Assembly (NCBI GenBank): GCA_030265395.1
Contig: JARFYF010000056.1
Span: 10,983,790-11,047,789, forward strand
Reading direction: 5' to 3'
DNA length: 64,000 bases
From: Rhina ancylostomus
Taxonomy: Eukaryota
Shown here: in pieces, positions 23,776-36,012 of the stretch
Layout: every line of letters starts with the position of its first letter
How positions within the stretch are numbered: position 1 is the stretch's first letter
Notes under the pieces: model-generated
What the model was told of the DNA's origin: nothing
Seen by the model: the letters and a program-made list of their open reading frames with translations, nothing else
Databases searched by the model: none
Made by a program: the position numbers and the translations under genes

Positions 23776-25194
23776 CTTACCTCTGTTTTAAGTGGGTGAC
23801 CTCCACAAGAGGAAACATCCTCTCCACATTGACCCTGTCATGGCCTCTCAGGATGTTATATATTTCAATCAAGTCACCTCTCACTCTTTTAAACTCAGAT
23901 CTTTTTTCAAAATAAAACCCATCTGAACTACTTCCAACACAATAACATCTTTTCTTAAATAAGGAAACCAATACTATATTCAGTACCTTAGGTGTGGTCT
24001 CACCAATGCTTACATAACTTCCCTAATTTTGCATTCCATTCCCACAGCAATAAACAATAACATTTTAATTACTCTCTCTACCTGCATGATAAATAAGCTT
24101 TTGCAAATCATGCAATGGGATACCCAGATCTTTCTGTATTTCAGAGCATTATACCTTCTCACTATTTAGATAATGATATGATTTTTCTTGTCAAAATAGA
24201 TGCTTGCACATTTTCCAACACAATATTCCATTGCTCCCATCAATTTACTGTTCTGGTTTTTATTAGGCAAGGGGGTGCCAATTTAATTTCGTTGTGTTGT
24301 TGTCCTGCAGCAGTACAATGACAAGTAATGAAATCTTGAATCTCATTTGCCAGTTGTTTGTCTAGTCACTTGACCTGCCTATATTCCATTGTAGCCTCTT
24401 TATGGCTTCTTCACAATTTACATACAGCAGCAGATTTAGAACTGTACTTATGGTGTCTTTGTTCAGGTCATTTATATAAATAGTATGAAGTTGATGCCCC
24501 ATCACCAGTCCTTGGGACACATCACCCATTATACTTGCCCAAGTAGAAAAAGACCTCTGTATGTCTTCTACCAGTCTTCTATCTATGCCAATATGTCACC
24601 ACCTACACTGTGAGCATTTATTTCATGCAACTTATCAGTTGACTTCTGGACATTAACTATAACATATCCACCAGTTCCCCCTTATCTACAGCATATATTT
24701 CTTCAAGGAACTTGATTAAATTGGTCAAAGATTATTTCTTTTTCACAATACCATGTTGACTTTGCCTGACTTGCCTTGAATTTTTCTAAGTGCCTTGTTA
24801 TAGCTATAACATGTCTTGCATTTTCCCTAAAACAATTATTAAGCTAACGGGCTTGTAGTTTCCTGCTTTCTGTTCCAACCTTCTTTTTATTTTAGGGTAA
24901 AAGGGAACCGTCCCCAAATATAGGGAAATTTGGAAAACTAAAACCAACACAGCTATTATTTCACCATCCACTTCTTTTAACACCCTTGTCAGCCCACAGC
25001 TCTAACAATTTACTCACTTCCAATTTCCTATTGATAATAATTTTCCTCCCTTCCAGTTCCTGTATAACACTTAGTTCTGGGATGTTGCTTAAATATGCTA
25101 TAGTGAAAACTGGTGCAAAATACTATTTAATCCATCTGCCATCTATTCATTTTCTATTATAAATTCTCATCTCACTTTCTATAGGACAAATGTT

Positions 25195-25325
25195 TCTTAG
25201 GAAAGTCCTGACCCGAAACGTTGACCACCTTCTTTTCTCCATGGCTGCTGCCTGGCCTGCTGAGTTCTTCCAGCATCATGATGTTTTTCATCTAGATTCC
25301 AGCATCTGCAGTCCTTTTTTCTCCT
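25195..25325 (+). mobile_element. Penelope pseudo-LTR with partial hammerhead motif
   Basis: cttaggaaagtcctgacccGAAACGTTgacc...gctgctgcctggcctgctgagttcttccagc...agattccagcatctgcagtc. Confidence 0.85.
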
Positions 25326-25699
25326 GTTCACTTTCTTAACTCTTTTTAAATAACTACAGAAACCCTTTCTGTCTACTTTTACATTTCTAGCTAGCTTGTC
25401 TCATTCAGTAATTTTTCTATACCTGTTAATCTTTAACTCTTTTTATTCCCATCTTCTGATGGGTCCTTGATCATCAGCATGGTTCGCTGGGCCAGTGTTT
25501 CTCTGCTCTCTGATTCCGACTCTGTCTTTATATGTTTTTTTGCTCCCAGAACCATCAAAATGGGATAAATTACATAAATTACTGGTTTGGTTTACTACTA
25601 TTAGTTGCTCTCCAATTTCTGCATCTGAAAGGGGAAGTTAGAAATGCTCGCAAACACCAATTATGCATTGCAATTCAATATGCCTCACTAGAAGTGGGG

Positions 25700-26530
25700 C
25701 CAAGAGATCATTTAAAAAGGAATTGGGTAAATATTGCAAGGAAGATATGAAATAGCTCAGGGAAAGCAGCAGGTAAATTGACAGTGTGGGAAGCTCCAGT
25801 TGGCAAACCAGCACTGGTAAAATGAGTTAAATTTGTTGAATACACTGAAGTAGGAGAAGTAGTGGTGATCAAGGAGAGCAAAAGATTGGTTGAAGAATTT
25901 AGACTGTCAATCCAATAAGGAGACAAATATGAAAATACTTGCACATGAGTTGAATTTTGTGGCTTCTTAACGTTTAGGATAGTAAAAGTAAATCAGGGAG
26001 CTGTTCCAACTTTTCTAACTATTAATGTTCAGATATTGTAATGGATAATTTAAAAAAATCTAATGTTACTAGATCTTTAGACATAACGCAAGGTGTCAGG
26101 CTTATACTGGGGTTCTGTGTTGCACTATCAGACCACACTAGAAAACGTGTGTATAGTTTTGGTTGAAGGCAGGATTAAATGTATATATGAGTGAAAAGGC
26201 TAAATCCGATCATGAAGGAAATGAAGCAGGAAGAAAAGTTAGAGAAGTGTGTTCTTTACGACCTGAAAAGAGAGAAGTTAATGGGTAACCACCAAGTTGT
26301 ATAAAATATTGAATAGCAGATGAGGCATTCCTTTTGTATACTTTTAAAAGTAAATCTACATTTTTTTTCTTGTAGAAGACTGGGTAAGTGTTTAAAATTA
26401 TTTGTCAGATAGGGTTATTGGTTCAAATAAAAGAGTCAATGTTTGGTTGGATGTTGCACTTCGAAGTTAAATTGCTGAAGAAGGTGATCTTTAATGGTGT
26501 GAATGTCAGTTCTCATCCAGACTTTGTATT
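25700..26530 (+). mobile_element. Very decayed CR1-like LINE fragment
   Basis: Remnants such as gcactatcagaccacactaga (RPHLE-like) and gaaaagagagaagttaatgggtaacc (RR.RGD-like). Confidence 0.4.
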
Positions 26531-27729
26531 CTTAAATTTCACTTGCACCTAACTTCTGGCATGCAGGGTCATTAACTTAACTGTTCTATAGAACCAATTT
26601 TATTTTGAGATGCTAAGCATCTATCTTCATTGCATAGTCATAAGGGTTGGACTCTGGTGGGCCTCAATCAATGCAAAGAAGCTTTGCCATACTCTGCACA
26701 AACTTAGTAAAAATGTTCATGAAATTTACACACAGAAAATTCCAGTTTGGTTACAATTTCCTTGTGCAAATTAGGATTTAAATTGTGTGGAAAAGAAGGG
26801 TTCAGAATCTCATACTAGGTCAATCTAATTTTTGTACTGATGAGCTGGAAAATATCCATTTATCAAGGAGTAAGGATTAAAGGTGAATAACACTTCTTGC
26901 GTTGCGGTTTTCCCCACACAGCTAGAACTTGCGTGAGTTACTTGCTGCTGGACTGGGATGGTGTAAGGAAATGGAAGCAGTAGTAAATTATTTTCAGTTT
27001 TGCCTGATCTCATTTCCAGCAGATTCCCGCAGGAGACTCTTCACGTCTGATTTTTGAGCCCAGCCCAGGTGACGGCCAGAGTCCAACAGACTGCACCTTA
27101 ATTTCCATTTGCCCCGTTCCAAGAACAGCAATTCATCTTCAGTCAATTCAAGTGACTTAAACAAAGCCTAGTTTACATAAAGATAATTATAGGTGAAATT
27201 AATATGTTTGTACAACACTCTAGATAGAAAAAAACTGATCTTTTCCTAGGGAAGATTTATTCTCACATTTGAATAAGAACCATGATGTAAAAATCTTTCT
27301 ATGAAGAATGCTAATTGTAGTACCCAGGGTGGAATGTAAACCCCAGGATAAATTTGCTAAAGCCAATTGGCCTGAAAAAAATGTCTTTCTGGAACAAATT
27401 CGGTTGCACTGAATAACATGTCTAGTGAATAAGCAGCTTTCATTGAATATATTTCCCACATTAGCTAGCATTTGTCACGGTATGTAAACTGTTCATTTGA
27501 AATGCTGCTTTAACAAGTTATACTGCTGTTAGAAATATTTCAATGATGCAGTAGACATACTGCGATGCAAGACCTCTTTGGTGAACTTGATTACTCATAA
27601 ATGATTGGAAAACAAATATCTCTCCACTAGAGGACCATGTCAGCATTTTCCCAAAATGAATACATTGCAAATGTGTTAATGTAATCTGTGTGGCATGTAT
27701 GATGGTACTTTTATTTAGTTTCTTCACCA

Positions 27730-28150
27730 GCTATTTTTACATTCCTTCGTGGGATGTGGACATCGCAGGCAGGCTGGAATTTACTTTCCATCTCTAATTG
27801 CCTTTGAAAAGACGACTGTGAGCCACTTCCTTGAACTGATGCAGTCATCAGAATGAAGACATTCCCACCATGTTGCTCATTTGGGAGTTCCACAATTCAG
27901 ATCTGTGACAACAAAGAAAGGATGATGCCTTTTCTAATTAGTATCATATGTAACGTGGAGGGAACATGCATCTGGTGCCTTTCCATGTGCTTGCTTCCCT
28001 GGTCCATCTGGGTGATAGAGTGTGTGGGAAATGCATTTTGTAAATGGTATATTCTGCAGTCACAGTGCATTGGTGGTGGAAGAAGAGGAATCTTTAGCAT
28101 GGGATATAGAGTGACAATCAAGCAATGTTCCTTTGTCCTAGATGTTATAT
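27730..28150 (-). mobile_element. CR1-group LINE 3' UTR (second family)
   Basis: Reverse copy of the family at 44720-45205 (gggatgtggacatcgc...taattgcctttgaaaa...gagccac..cttgaactg.tgc). Confidence 0.7.
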
Positions 28151-28898
28151 GTATAATGCCCTAATCTGATTATCTGTTTACTTGAAACAAATGAGAGACT
28201 AGAAGGTGCAGTCTGCAAGAGTCTGGTGGTTTCACCTGTGGATCACAATTCAAAATCAGCCAAGATGAATTGTATAGCTATAGGTGTACCCCTTGTGAAA
28301 TGGGATGGGATTTATCAATCCCGTTCCCAACAGGAATAATCTAAAACCCATATAACCACAATTTGTCACTAATTAGTATTACAATGGGAATATCTACTTA
28401 GTATAGTATTTTTGCAGTATTATTTCTAGCAAAGAAAAAAAATGAAGCAAGGAATGGTTTTTTTCTTAATCTTTGCACATCAACAAGCTACAGGATTCCC
28501 AGTTTACATACAGCAGTGATGTATAAGTACGAAGGCATGTGATGCTGTTCACCCCTTATCTCCAAGGAGCAATCACAATCTCACCATTATTCCATAAGTG
28601 AATTAATCAGGCTCCTTGAGTGAAATGAACAAGTCCTAGTTTTGTTTGAAAGCAGGTGATACTGAATTCTGTTGGGAATTGGATTGAAATCCATGGTCCC
28701 CAGCGATAAATTGGTAGATATCAAACCTGCCATGACGTGCATGTTTATGGTTCAATTGTTTCCAGATTTACTACTACTTTCTTTTCAAAAGCGGTCTTCC
28801 AAGTAAATGGAATATTTCCTAATTTAATTCAGAAATTATCTTGTTTATGTTTAATGATCCACAGTCTTTATAAATCTAATTGTTGTCTCATTTTACAG

Positions 28899-28940
28899 CT
28901 GGACATTTGGTCCAAGTCTAATTACCAAGTCTTTCAGAAG
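28899..28940 (+). CDS. MED27: MED27 internal coding exon (42 nt, phase 0/0): LDIWSKSNYQVFQK
   Basis: Acceptor tctcattttacAG (AG at 28897-28898); donor GTgagt at 28941. The peptide continues directly from the previous exon in MED27. Confidence 0.96.
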
Positions 28941-31929
28941 GTGAGTGTCCTATTATTATCTTTAAATTTTGCAATTCAATTTTGCCCCTATTCATAAGCC
29001 AATTTCAACTAGACTTTTACAATGAGGAAAATGTCTAGTTGTTCAACTGGGATGTAGTCAAAGATGCATAATTCAAGTAATTTCTTTCATCATACAATCA
29101 AAAAAAAAGGAGAAAAGATTTTAATCGTCTGCTTAATATCATTGACACCAAGAAGTAGAGACTGAAATTCCTCTAACCAACTGTCATTGAGCCCAGCTTA
29201 TCAATAGGTACTGAATTTCCATTGTACTTTCATGCTAAATGACCTAAATCTGCTGAACCGAAGTAGCTGAATAGTTAATTTATTGTATCATAGAACTATA
29301 GAACAATACTTGCTGGTTAAGATTAACTTTAGAATATGGTTGTGAAGGTGCCTGATGTTTACATGAGATTATTAATGTTCCAAGTCAGTGTGTAGAATGC
29401 TGTTTGTTCTTGGCAAAGGTATTGAGTCATTACTTTCACAAGAAAAGCACAGATAAATGTATCCATTGCTGAAGTGAGGCACATAAATGACAAAGGAGAA
29501 ATGATTTAGTTTTACAAAGCCCTTCAAACCAGGATGTACACAAGCCAATATTTTGTGGTCAACTTAAATGAATGTCACTCACTGTTCATTTTACTTTCTC
29601 TTGACCAAATACCTATTGGACACAGTTGTTAGAAATGCATTTAATTGTGGCTCAGTACTAAGTAAACACAACAGGCAATTACATAAGTTGGGAAAGTAAT
29701 GGGAGGTCTTCAGATAGTGTTCTCCAGGCTCCTGTTCTTAATCACCATATAATGACCTTCTGAAATTAAAACACAAAATTTCAGTGCCAGATTGTTCGGC
29801 AGTAATTATTATGCCATTAAAATCTGATGCACTAAAAGGGACAAACCTTAATCATTAAAATTATGGGCAAAAGTTAAGTACCTCATTTTCTTGAGTGGAA
29901 TAAAATCTAGATCTGGCTCACCACCTGCAGTCTTTGCCCATTCAAACATCTTGAAGAGAACTGATATGAGTAAAGGCTGTAGTGGGTCCTTGGGAGTATG
30001 TTGGGCTCAGTATTTTTAAGGCCCTGTTGCCTCTGCCCATCCCCAAAATATATTGACACCCTAGAAAGGGTACAAAGCTAAGGGTAAAGTTCTGCATCCT
30101 GTCAAAATGTGTGCATCAAATTCACATGTTTTACATATGTAATCATTCACATCATACATATTTAAAGAGTATCATAATTGTTGTAAGTAATTAAAATTGT
30201 ATTATTAAAAGATATACCTTAAGAAAGTGTATTGGGAATTGTTACTTCCCCAGGTCAGTGAGTTAGTAACTGGGGAGTTTAATTTTAAGCTGGTCAAAAG
30301 AGCAAGGGGAAAAAATTGACTTCATGCTGAAGGGTGTTAGGATTTGGACTAAATTAAGGTGGAAGCAGAATCAACATTGGCCTTTAAGAAAANNNNNNNN
30401 NNNNNNNNNNNNNNTAAAGAAGGGAATGGAACCAAATGGGTAGTTTTCAGAGAACCAGAACTGACATATTTTTGTGCCAGTTTGGGTAAACTTCTCCTTC
30501 TGCCAGTAAGTAAATAACAAACTGTAACCAAGGCTTTAACAATGTAGCAACAATGTTATCGTTGTAAAGTGTACCAAATCATAATAAACCCTGCTCAGTT
30601 CAGCACTGGCAACAAAGTGATTCACTGTTCTGATGGATCAGTTATCATCACTTTTCCTTCTTCCAGTTTCAAAAGTGGCAATTTCAACAACCATTGTGAA
30701 ATGCAGCAAAGTCTCCCTAGCAGCTTCTCCAAGACTTGCGCATTTCCAAAAGGTTAAGTCAGGCAACAGGCATTGCTTTACCTCTGACAGATAAAACTAA
30801 ATTTCTTTTGAAATGCTTTAACAAAAAATCCAGATATCAAAGGCACTAAATCAGTGATTGATTTTTATCAGGTCTTATGAGTGGTTGCCCAGAGAAAGTT
30901 ATCACTTTACGTTTAAAGGTGATGAATTCTCACTTATTGTACGTAATGCTATTTTACATTTGCGTTTGATCAATCTTGCAATTTTTGGGAGAACTAAAAT
31001 TGGTCAATAGGTCAGAATCCGTCAACAACAAGCGTGTAATAGCACTAAGAGTGTTTTACAACCAGAAAGAAGTGTTAAAACATTGCAACCTTGCAGCAAG
31101 CATAGAAAGGCATTAGCCCTTAAAGACAAGCAATGACTTAAGTTGCTGGACAGCAGCACTAAACACAATGATTTTTAATTCACCAAAGTAAGGTGCATTT
31201 CAGTTTCTAGGCAAATGGAAGTAATGACTTGCAAATACAAATTGTTACAAATGTGTGGGAGAGAAAGGAACATCATCCATTAAATTCTTCATGTAATGAA
31301 GCCTATAAGCCTGAACTTTCAAGACCACAAACAGGGAGCAGATTGTCTTTTGATAAAGGCATTACACTTACACATTACAAAACAATCCTTCTCTCTGCCT
31401 GACTCCTAGCTTCATATTTTGCTCCTGCAGTTGATGCTCGATGTAAATGACTCCTAGCCTGTAAATTTCAGTCACATTCTTGGTCCTTCTGAAGTAGCTT
31501 TGTCTATTTTAAGAATATGCAGTTCTCCTCTTTGTCATATGTTCCCATCTAAGTGTCCATTCACTCTAGCATTACTTTTATCTCTTGTGAAGAGTCTCAT
31601 TAATTGCAAGCTACAGACAGGCAACACATGCACACAAATCTATTCAGTTTTCTCATTTCAGGTAGATATCCTTTCATGAGGCTTGGAATGTTTGTAAGGT
31701 AGGGTCAGTAAAGTACTTGCAAAGAATTTCCAAAATGAAAGAACTTGTGAAAATCGAAAGAGTAAAAATCAAACATTTTTTGAGGCAAAACCCATGCTGG
31801 GATTAAATTCTGACTTTTCCAGCTGGGAGGTCTTGACTTCAAACCATCCCTATTGGGTTTAACAGCAAATGGGCAAATTTTAGAATATTTCAGCAATATT
31901 TTGGCCCCATTGCGTTGGAAACTGTAAGT

Positions 31930-32095
31930 AAAATACCATAGCTCCTGAAAATACTCAGCAGTTCAGGTAGTATCTGTGGAGGGTTAATATTTCACGTGCA
32001 TGCCCTTTCATCAGACCTGAGACTTTCATTCTGTTTCTCTCTCCATAGATTCCACCTGGCTTGCTGGGTTTTTCCAGCATTTTGTGTTTTAGTTC
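31930..32095. mobile_element. Fold-back pair of Penelope pseudo-LTR fragments with minus-strand hammerhead core
   Basis: Left arm aaatactcagcagttcaggtagtatctgtggag is the inverse of right arm ctccatagattccacctggcttgctgggtttt. Minus strand reads CTGATGA (32008-32014)...GAAA (31990-31993). Confidence 0.75.
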
Positions 32096-32124
32096 TTTCA
32101 TAAAGCTGAGTTAGAATCCAGTTT

Positions 32125-32650
32125 ATGACTGGGTGATCGCTTGGTGAGGCACCAGTGCTCAGCCTGCACCGTGATCCTGAGCTTCTAGTTGCGTGCCACT
32201 TTAATTCTCAGTCCCACCCTTATTCCAATCTGTCTGTCTGTGGTGTCCTCCACTGCCACAGTGAGGCCCAACATAAACTAGAGGAACAATATCTTCCCTT
32301 GAGGCACTTTTCAACCTTCTGAAATGAATGTTGAATTTTATAACTTCAGGTAAACTGCTCCCTCATAATTTCCCATATCTTGCATATATCTCTTTCTCAT
32401 CCTGTTGCTATAAAATGCCTTGCTAACATTCAGTACTTCTGCTCCTAATCTGTCTTAATGGACTCCATACAATCTTTTGTCTTGTGCCTCATTCTTCCCC
32501 CCAGCTCTTCTTTCAAAACTGACACCCTTCCACTCTACCCCGAGTTCTGAGGAAGGATCCCTGACCCAAAATGTTGATGGGTTTCTCTTTCCACGGATGC
32601 TGCTTGGCTGGCTGAGTCCTTCCAGCATTTCTGTTTTTGTTTTAGAATCC
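32125..32650 (+). mobile_element. Penelope-like element 3' end: GIY-YIG C-terminal part, pyrimidine-rich spacer, pseudo-LTR
   Basis: LGDRL...VACHFNSQSH..SNLSVCGVLHCHSEAQHKLEEQ...MNVEFYNFR* matches the end of the 38552-40510 ORF. Pseudo-LTR with CTGAGGA at 32547-32553. Confidence 0.85.
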
Positions 32651-34311
32651 ATTTAAGAATGAAGAAATGACAGTGCCCATGTCTGATGTAAGAGTGAAAG
32701 TGCTAATAGTCAGACCAAGGTGTTTTTTTCTAAGCTTGGAACTGAGTTTGTTGATTTTGTTTGTCCATTTTTTTCTATCTGTTTGATCTTGATCCTGGTA
32801 TTCAAAATATAAAGACTCAATGCAAGAAAATGCAAAGTGCTCAAAATTCCTCAGAAACACCAGTCCTGAGATTATCACAAAACTGAATTCAATCCTGCTC
32901 TAACATGAAGACTGGAGGATAAGAGATGCTGGAGCGCTAATGGCTTGAACTCGTCACAGGTTTCATTACTTGGGCAAACTTAGTGACATTTAGTCCTGTT
33001 AGTATGTCTCAATTATAGAGTGGAGGAAGGAAACATGCTGTTAGTCAATGTTTGAGTAAGATGACTCGTATTGATTATAGTTCATATGAAACAAAAATGT
33101 GACAATTTGCAGGAAACAATTTTATCAACTTCCACCTTGGTACCTACAATAAAGGACTGAGAAAAGAGTAAATAATTTCTGCCACTAATTCTGCAATATG
33201 TATTTTTGAAATGTTGCATGAAGGCTGTTTGCAAGCCACAAATCACATTATTCCCATCCACACTACTCATGAATTATAAAGTGATCTGATCAGAAAATTG
33301 CCCAAGAACCAGTTATTCACATTCTTGATGGAAAGCATAATTGACTACATTTGGTCTCCAGACAACTTCCAGTGAAAGGCTGTAGAGTAGTTTAGAAGCC
33401 TTCTGTTTTTATATAAAATAGACTTGTTTACTTGCATTTTACAATGTTGAATGAAATGCACAGTTTAATGCCCATATCTCACTATTTAACATAGAAATAA
33501 CTATTACTGAGCAATGCTTCATCTGTCTATTTGTTCCTTCATTTTTCTTTAAATAAAAAGCTAACTTTAAAATCATTTACTGATTTGGTAAACATGTTTG
33601 CTACCAAGAAGTAGCAATGTAAAAGAATAGAAAATCTCTTTCTAAAAATTCTCATTCCATTCTGTAGATAAAATTAATTCGAAGCTACGCAGTGAATTCT
33701 GGCCTTGCCACCATTTATGTGACTGAAGGAGGGACTTTCCCTAACTTTACCACTTCTTTGACAAACCAGACCAGAGTTAGTCCCACTCTTCTACACTCAT
33801 ACTGAGCTGAGGTGCAGCAGACATCCAGAAATGGATTCTATCAGTGTTGTTCAGTCCATGACATGTCTGTCCAATTGAGCTCAAGTACTTCCATACTTTA
33901 TTTCCTTACCACTGAGCAGTCAAAAGCCAGGATAATACTGTTTTCAAGACTGAAGAAAAATAGAAAGGAGGAAATTGGAAAATTACAGCAATGAACTGAT
34001 GAAACAACCTGATGAAAACCAGATGTTAGAAAAGCTGATAACATTTTTTGGTGTCTTTTTGTATAAATGAAGTGTTAATTTTTAGAAATATGAAAAGATT
34101 TTCCTTTTGAAAGCAATTTTGGAAATGTAATTGCATCTATAAAATGAAGTAAAATCAGAAATCCAGCAACAAGGTAAAATGGTCATTTTTCCTAGGTCAT
34201 TCTTGGATACTCTTATAAACACTTATGTTTAGAATCTAATGATTGATTTCATCAATGAAACAGTTGAAAATTGTGGATGGTTCTCTCAATGGCCAAGTTT
34301 TCTAGCTTTCA

Positions 34312-34321
34312 NNNNNNNNNN
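34312..34321. other. 10-N assembly gap overlapping the 5' part of a MED27 exon
   Basis: N run read directly, immediately upstream of the in-frame exon remnant. Confidence 0.95.
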
Positions 34322-34323
34322 AA

Positions 34324-34377
34324 TTGCTGCATTATCAGCTGCCTCAAATGCCAGACGTAGTGGTCAGGTCTTTCATG
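34324..34377 (+). CDS. MED27: MED27 penultimate coding exon, 5' part lost in assembly gap: ...LLHYQLPQMPDVVVRSFM
   Basis: Frame TTG CTG CAT TAT CAG CTG CCT CAA ATG CCA GAC GTA GTG GTC AGG TCT TTC ATG, then donor GTaagt at 34378. The expected first 8 codons (VTDHATTA in the recalled ortholog) and the acceptor fall in the 10-N gap 34312-34321. Confidence 0.92.
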
Positions 34378-35506
34378 GTAAGTGATACATTATCAGAAAT
34401 TCACCTGGATTTCTCCAACCCTCCACATACACAAGTCAGTCCCCTGACTATGTGACATGCATTTAATGGGTCCTAAAGTAAGGCTCAGTACTTCCCATAT
34501 TTAAATACTTAACTCCAACAGGCAGATAATGAGTTCTCAAATGTGTTTCAAATCAGCTTCTTTCTATGTTGCTGGATAATCCCACTGAGTCCCATGGGAG
34601 TTGAAGAGAGATTAATACCATCAGCTTTCTCTCTCCAATCTTCCCATTTAAAGTAACGACAAATCATAAAATGCTCTGACAAGTATACAGAGAATCTGCT
34701 GTCATAATTACATTGTCCTTCCAGTGAAAGGTGCTGAGTAACCTCAGGAAAAAAAATGAATAAACTAATTGTAAGAGCATTCTGTGGAAACTGTAAATAT
34801 TAATTAATCTTAATGTTTTTATATCCTAACACCCAATGCCATACTTTTAACTAGCTCACTTTAAATGCTATCCATTAATCTTCATAACCACCGTTTGATG
34901 TTTGACATCCAAGTGAGTAGTTCTTGGAAGAAAAGGCATTTTTAAGATATGATCTCAGCCATTAGTTCTCCATTTTTGAGTTTGTTTCTCTAACTGTTGA
35001 TATTTTCTGATTATCTGAGGTACTGATATATAATGATTTGATTTGATGTTTTGAAGGATGGTTTGGCTAGAAAAACAGAACTGACTTTGTTGCTGATAAT
35101 CAAAATAACTTGGAGAAATAAAGTGCAGGTAATTGCGCAAGACTGGAAAGTTCTAAAAGGTTCTGCTTTAACTAAAGACCTTTTCACTTTCTGAGCTTAT
35201 GAAGCATGTAGTTGATCAGAAAAAGGAATTTGCTGAGAGTTAGCACACACGCAGTGGTGATTTTGATGTCCTCTAGTTTAGATAGAGAGTAAATTGAAAG
35301 CATCTCATCTTCAGAAATCCTGGAGATTCTCTGGTTTTGGATTTCAGCATTTCCTTTTTCAACAAATTAAGACAATATGGAAAATCTCCCATTCTCCTTT
35401 CCAATTGGCCAGTGTCGCGAGTACCAACTCAGAGCACATAAAGAACAGTCTAAACATATGAGTAGGAACAGTGGCAGGACCTTCAGGTCAGTCCTGAGTA
35501 GTCTGT

Positions 35507-35526
35507 GGGGGGGGGGGGGGGGGGGG
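35507..35526 (+). repeat. Poly-G run (20 nt)
   Basis: Read directly. Confidence 0.85.
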
Positions 35527-36012
35527 ATGCTGCGTAATCTGGAGGTTGCTACAATGGCAACACAGAAAGGACATTGGTGCCATGAGCTGGTTTGTGATCA
35601 TGGTGGAAGGTGGTAGATTAGATAGGGAAGCTGTGATCTGTATTGGGGATTATTCCCAGAGGAAGTTGGAGGGAACAGTGGAGGGAGGAACTTCTGCACC
35701 TCCTGGTCTACAGAAAATATCACATGTTCTTGAGCCACTCCTTTACCACCAGGCTTCCAGAGCCTTAGCAATACCTGGAGACTATTGTTAAATTTTAAGT
35801 TGGATCCAAATGTCAATGTTTATCAAGCATCATTCCTTTCCACTGTCATTCAAGAACCAACTTAGGACACCATGAATTTCACCCTTATGGAAGTGTTGGC
35901 TGGTAATTGATGCGTTTCCCCCTTTTAAAAATGTTAACCCCTGACCCTCTAGTTTTTGTGGTGACATTAATATCAAGACCATTGTGCTATATAACAAAGT
36001 GGGCTTGTCAAT

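Larger units (their letters stand above)
22630..25440 (-). mobile_element. Long decayed CR1 LINE, interrupted between ~22915 and ~23780 and at 25195-25325
   Basis: Reverse 3' tail at 22630-22900. Minus-strand peptide KRVRGDLIEIYNILRGHDRVNVERMFPLV (23800-23890) and reverse NYKPVSL motif (~24840-24862). Confidence 0.8.

Noticed and set aside
28301-28329. Short imperfect hairpin tgggatgggatt-tatc-aatcccgttccca
   Set aside because: A ~12-bp imperfect stem is too short for a pre-miRNA and is plausible by chance or as a repeat remnant.
33995-34020. Two CTGATGA words (ctgatgaaacaacctgatgaaaacc) resembling hammerhead cores
   Set aside because: No stems and no pseudo-LTR context; a short local duplication.
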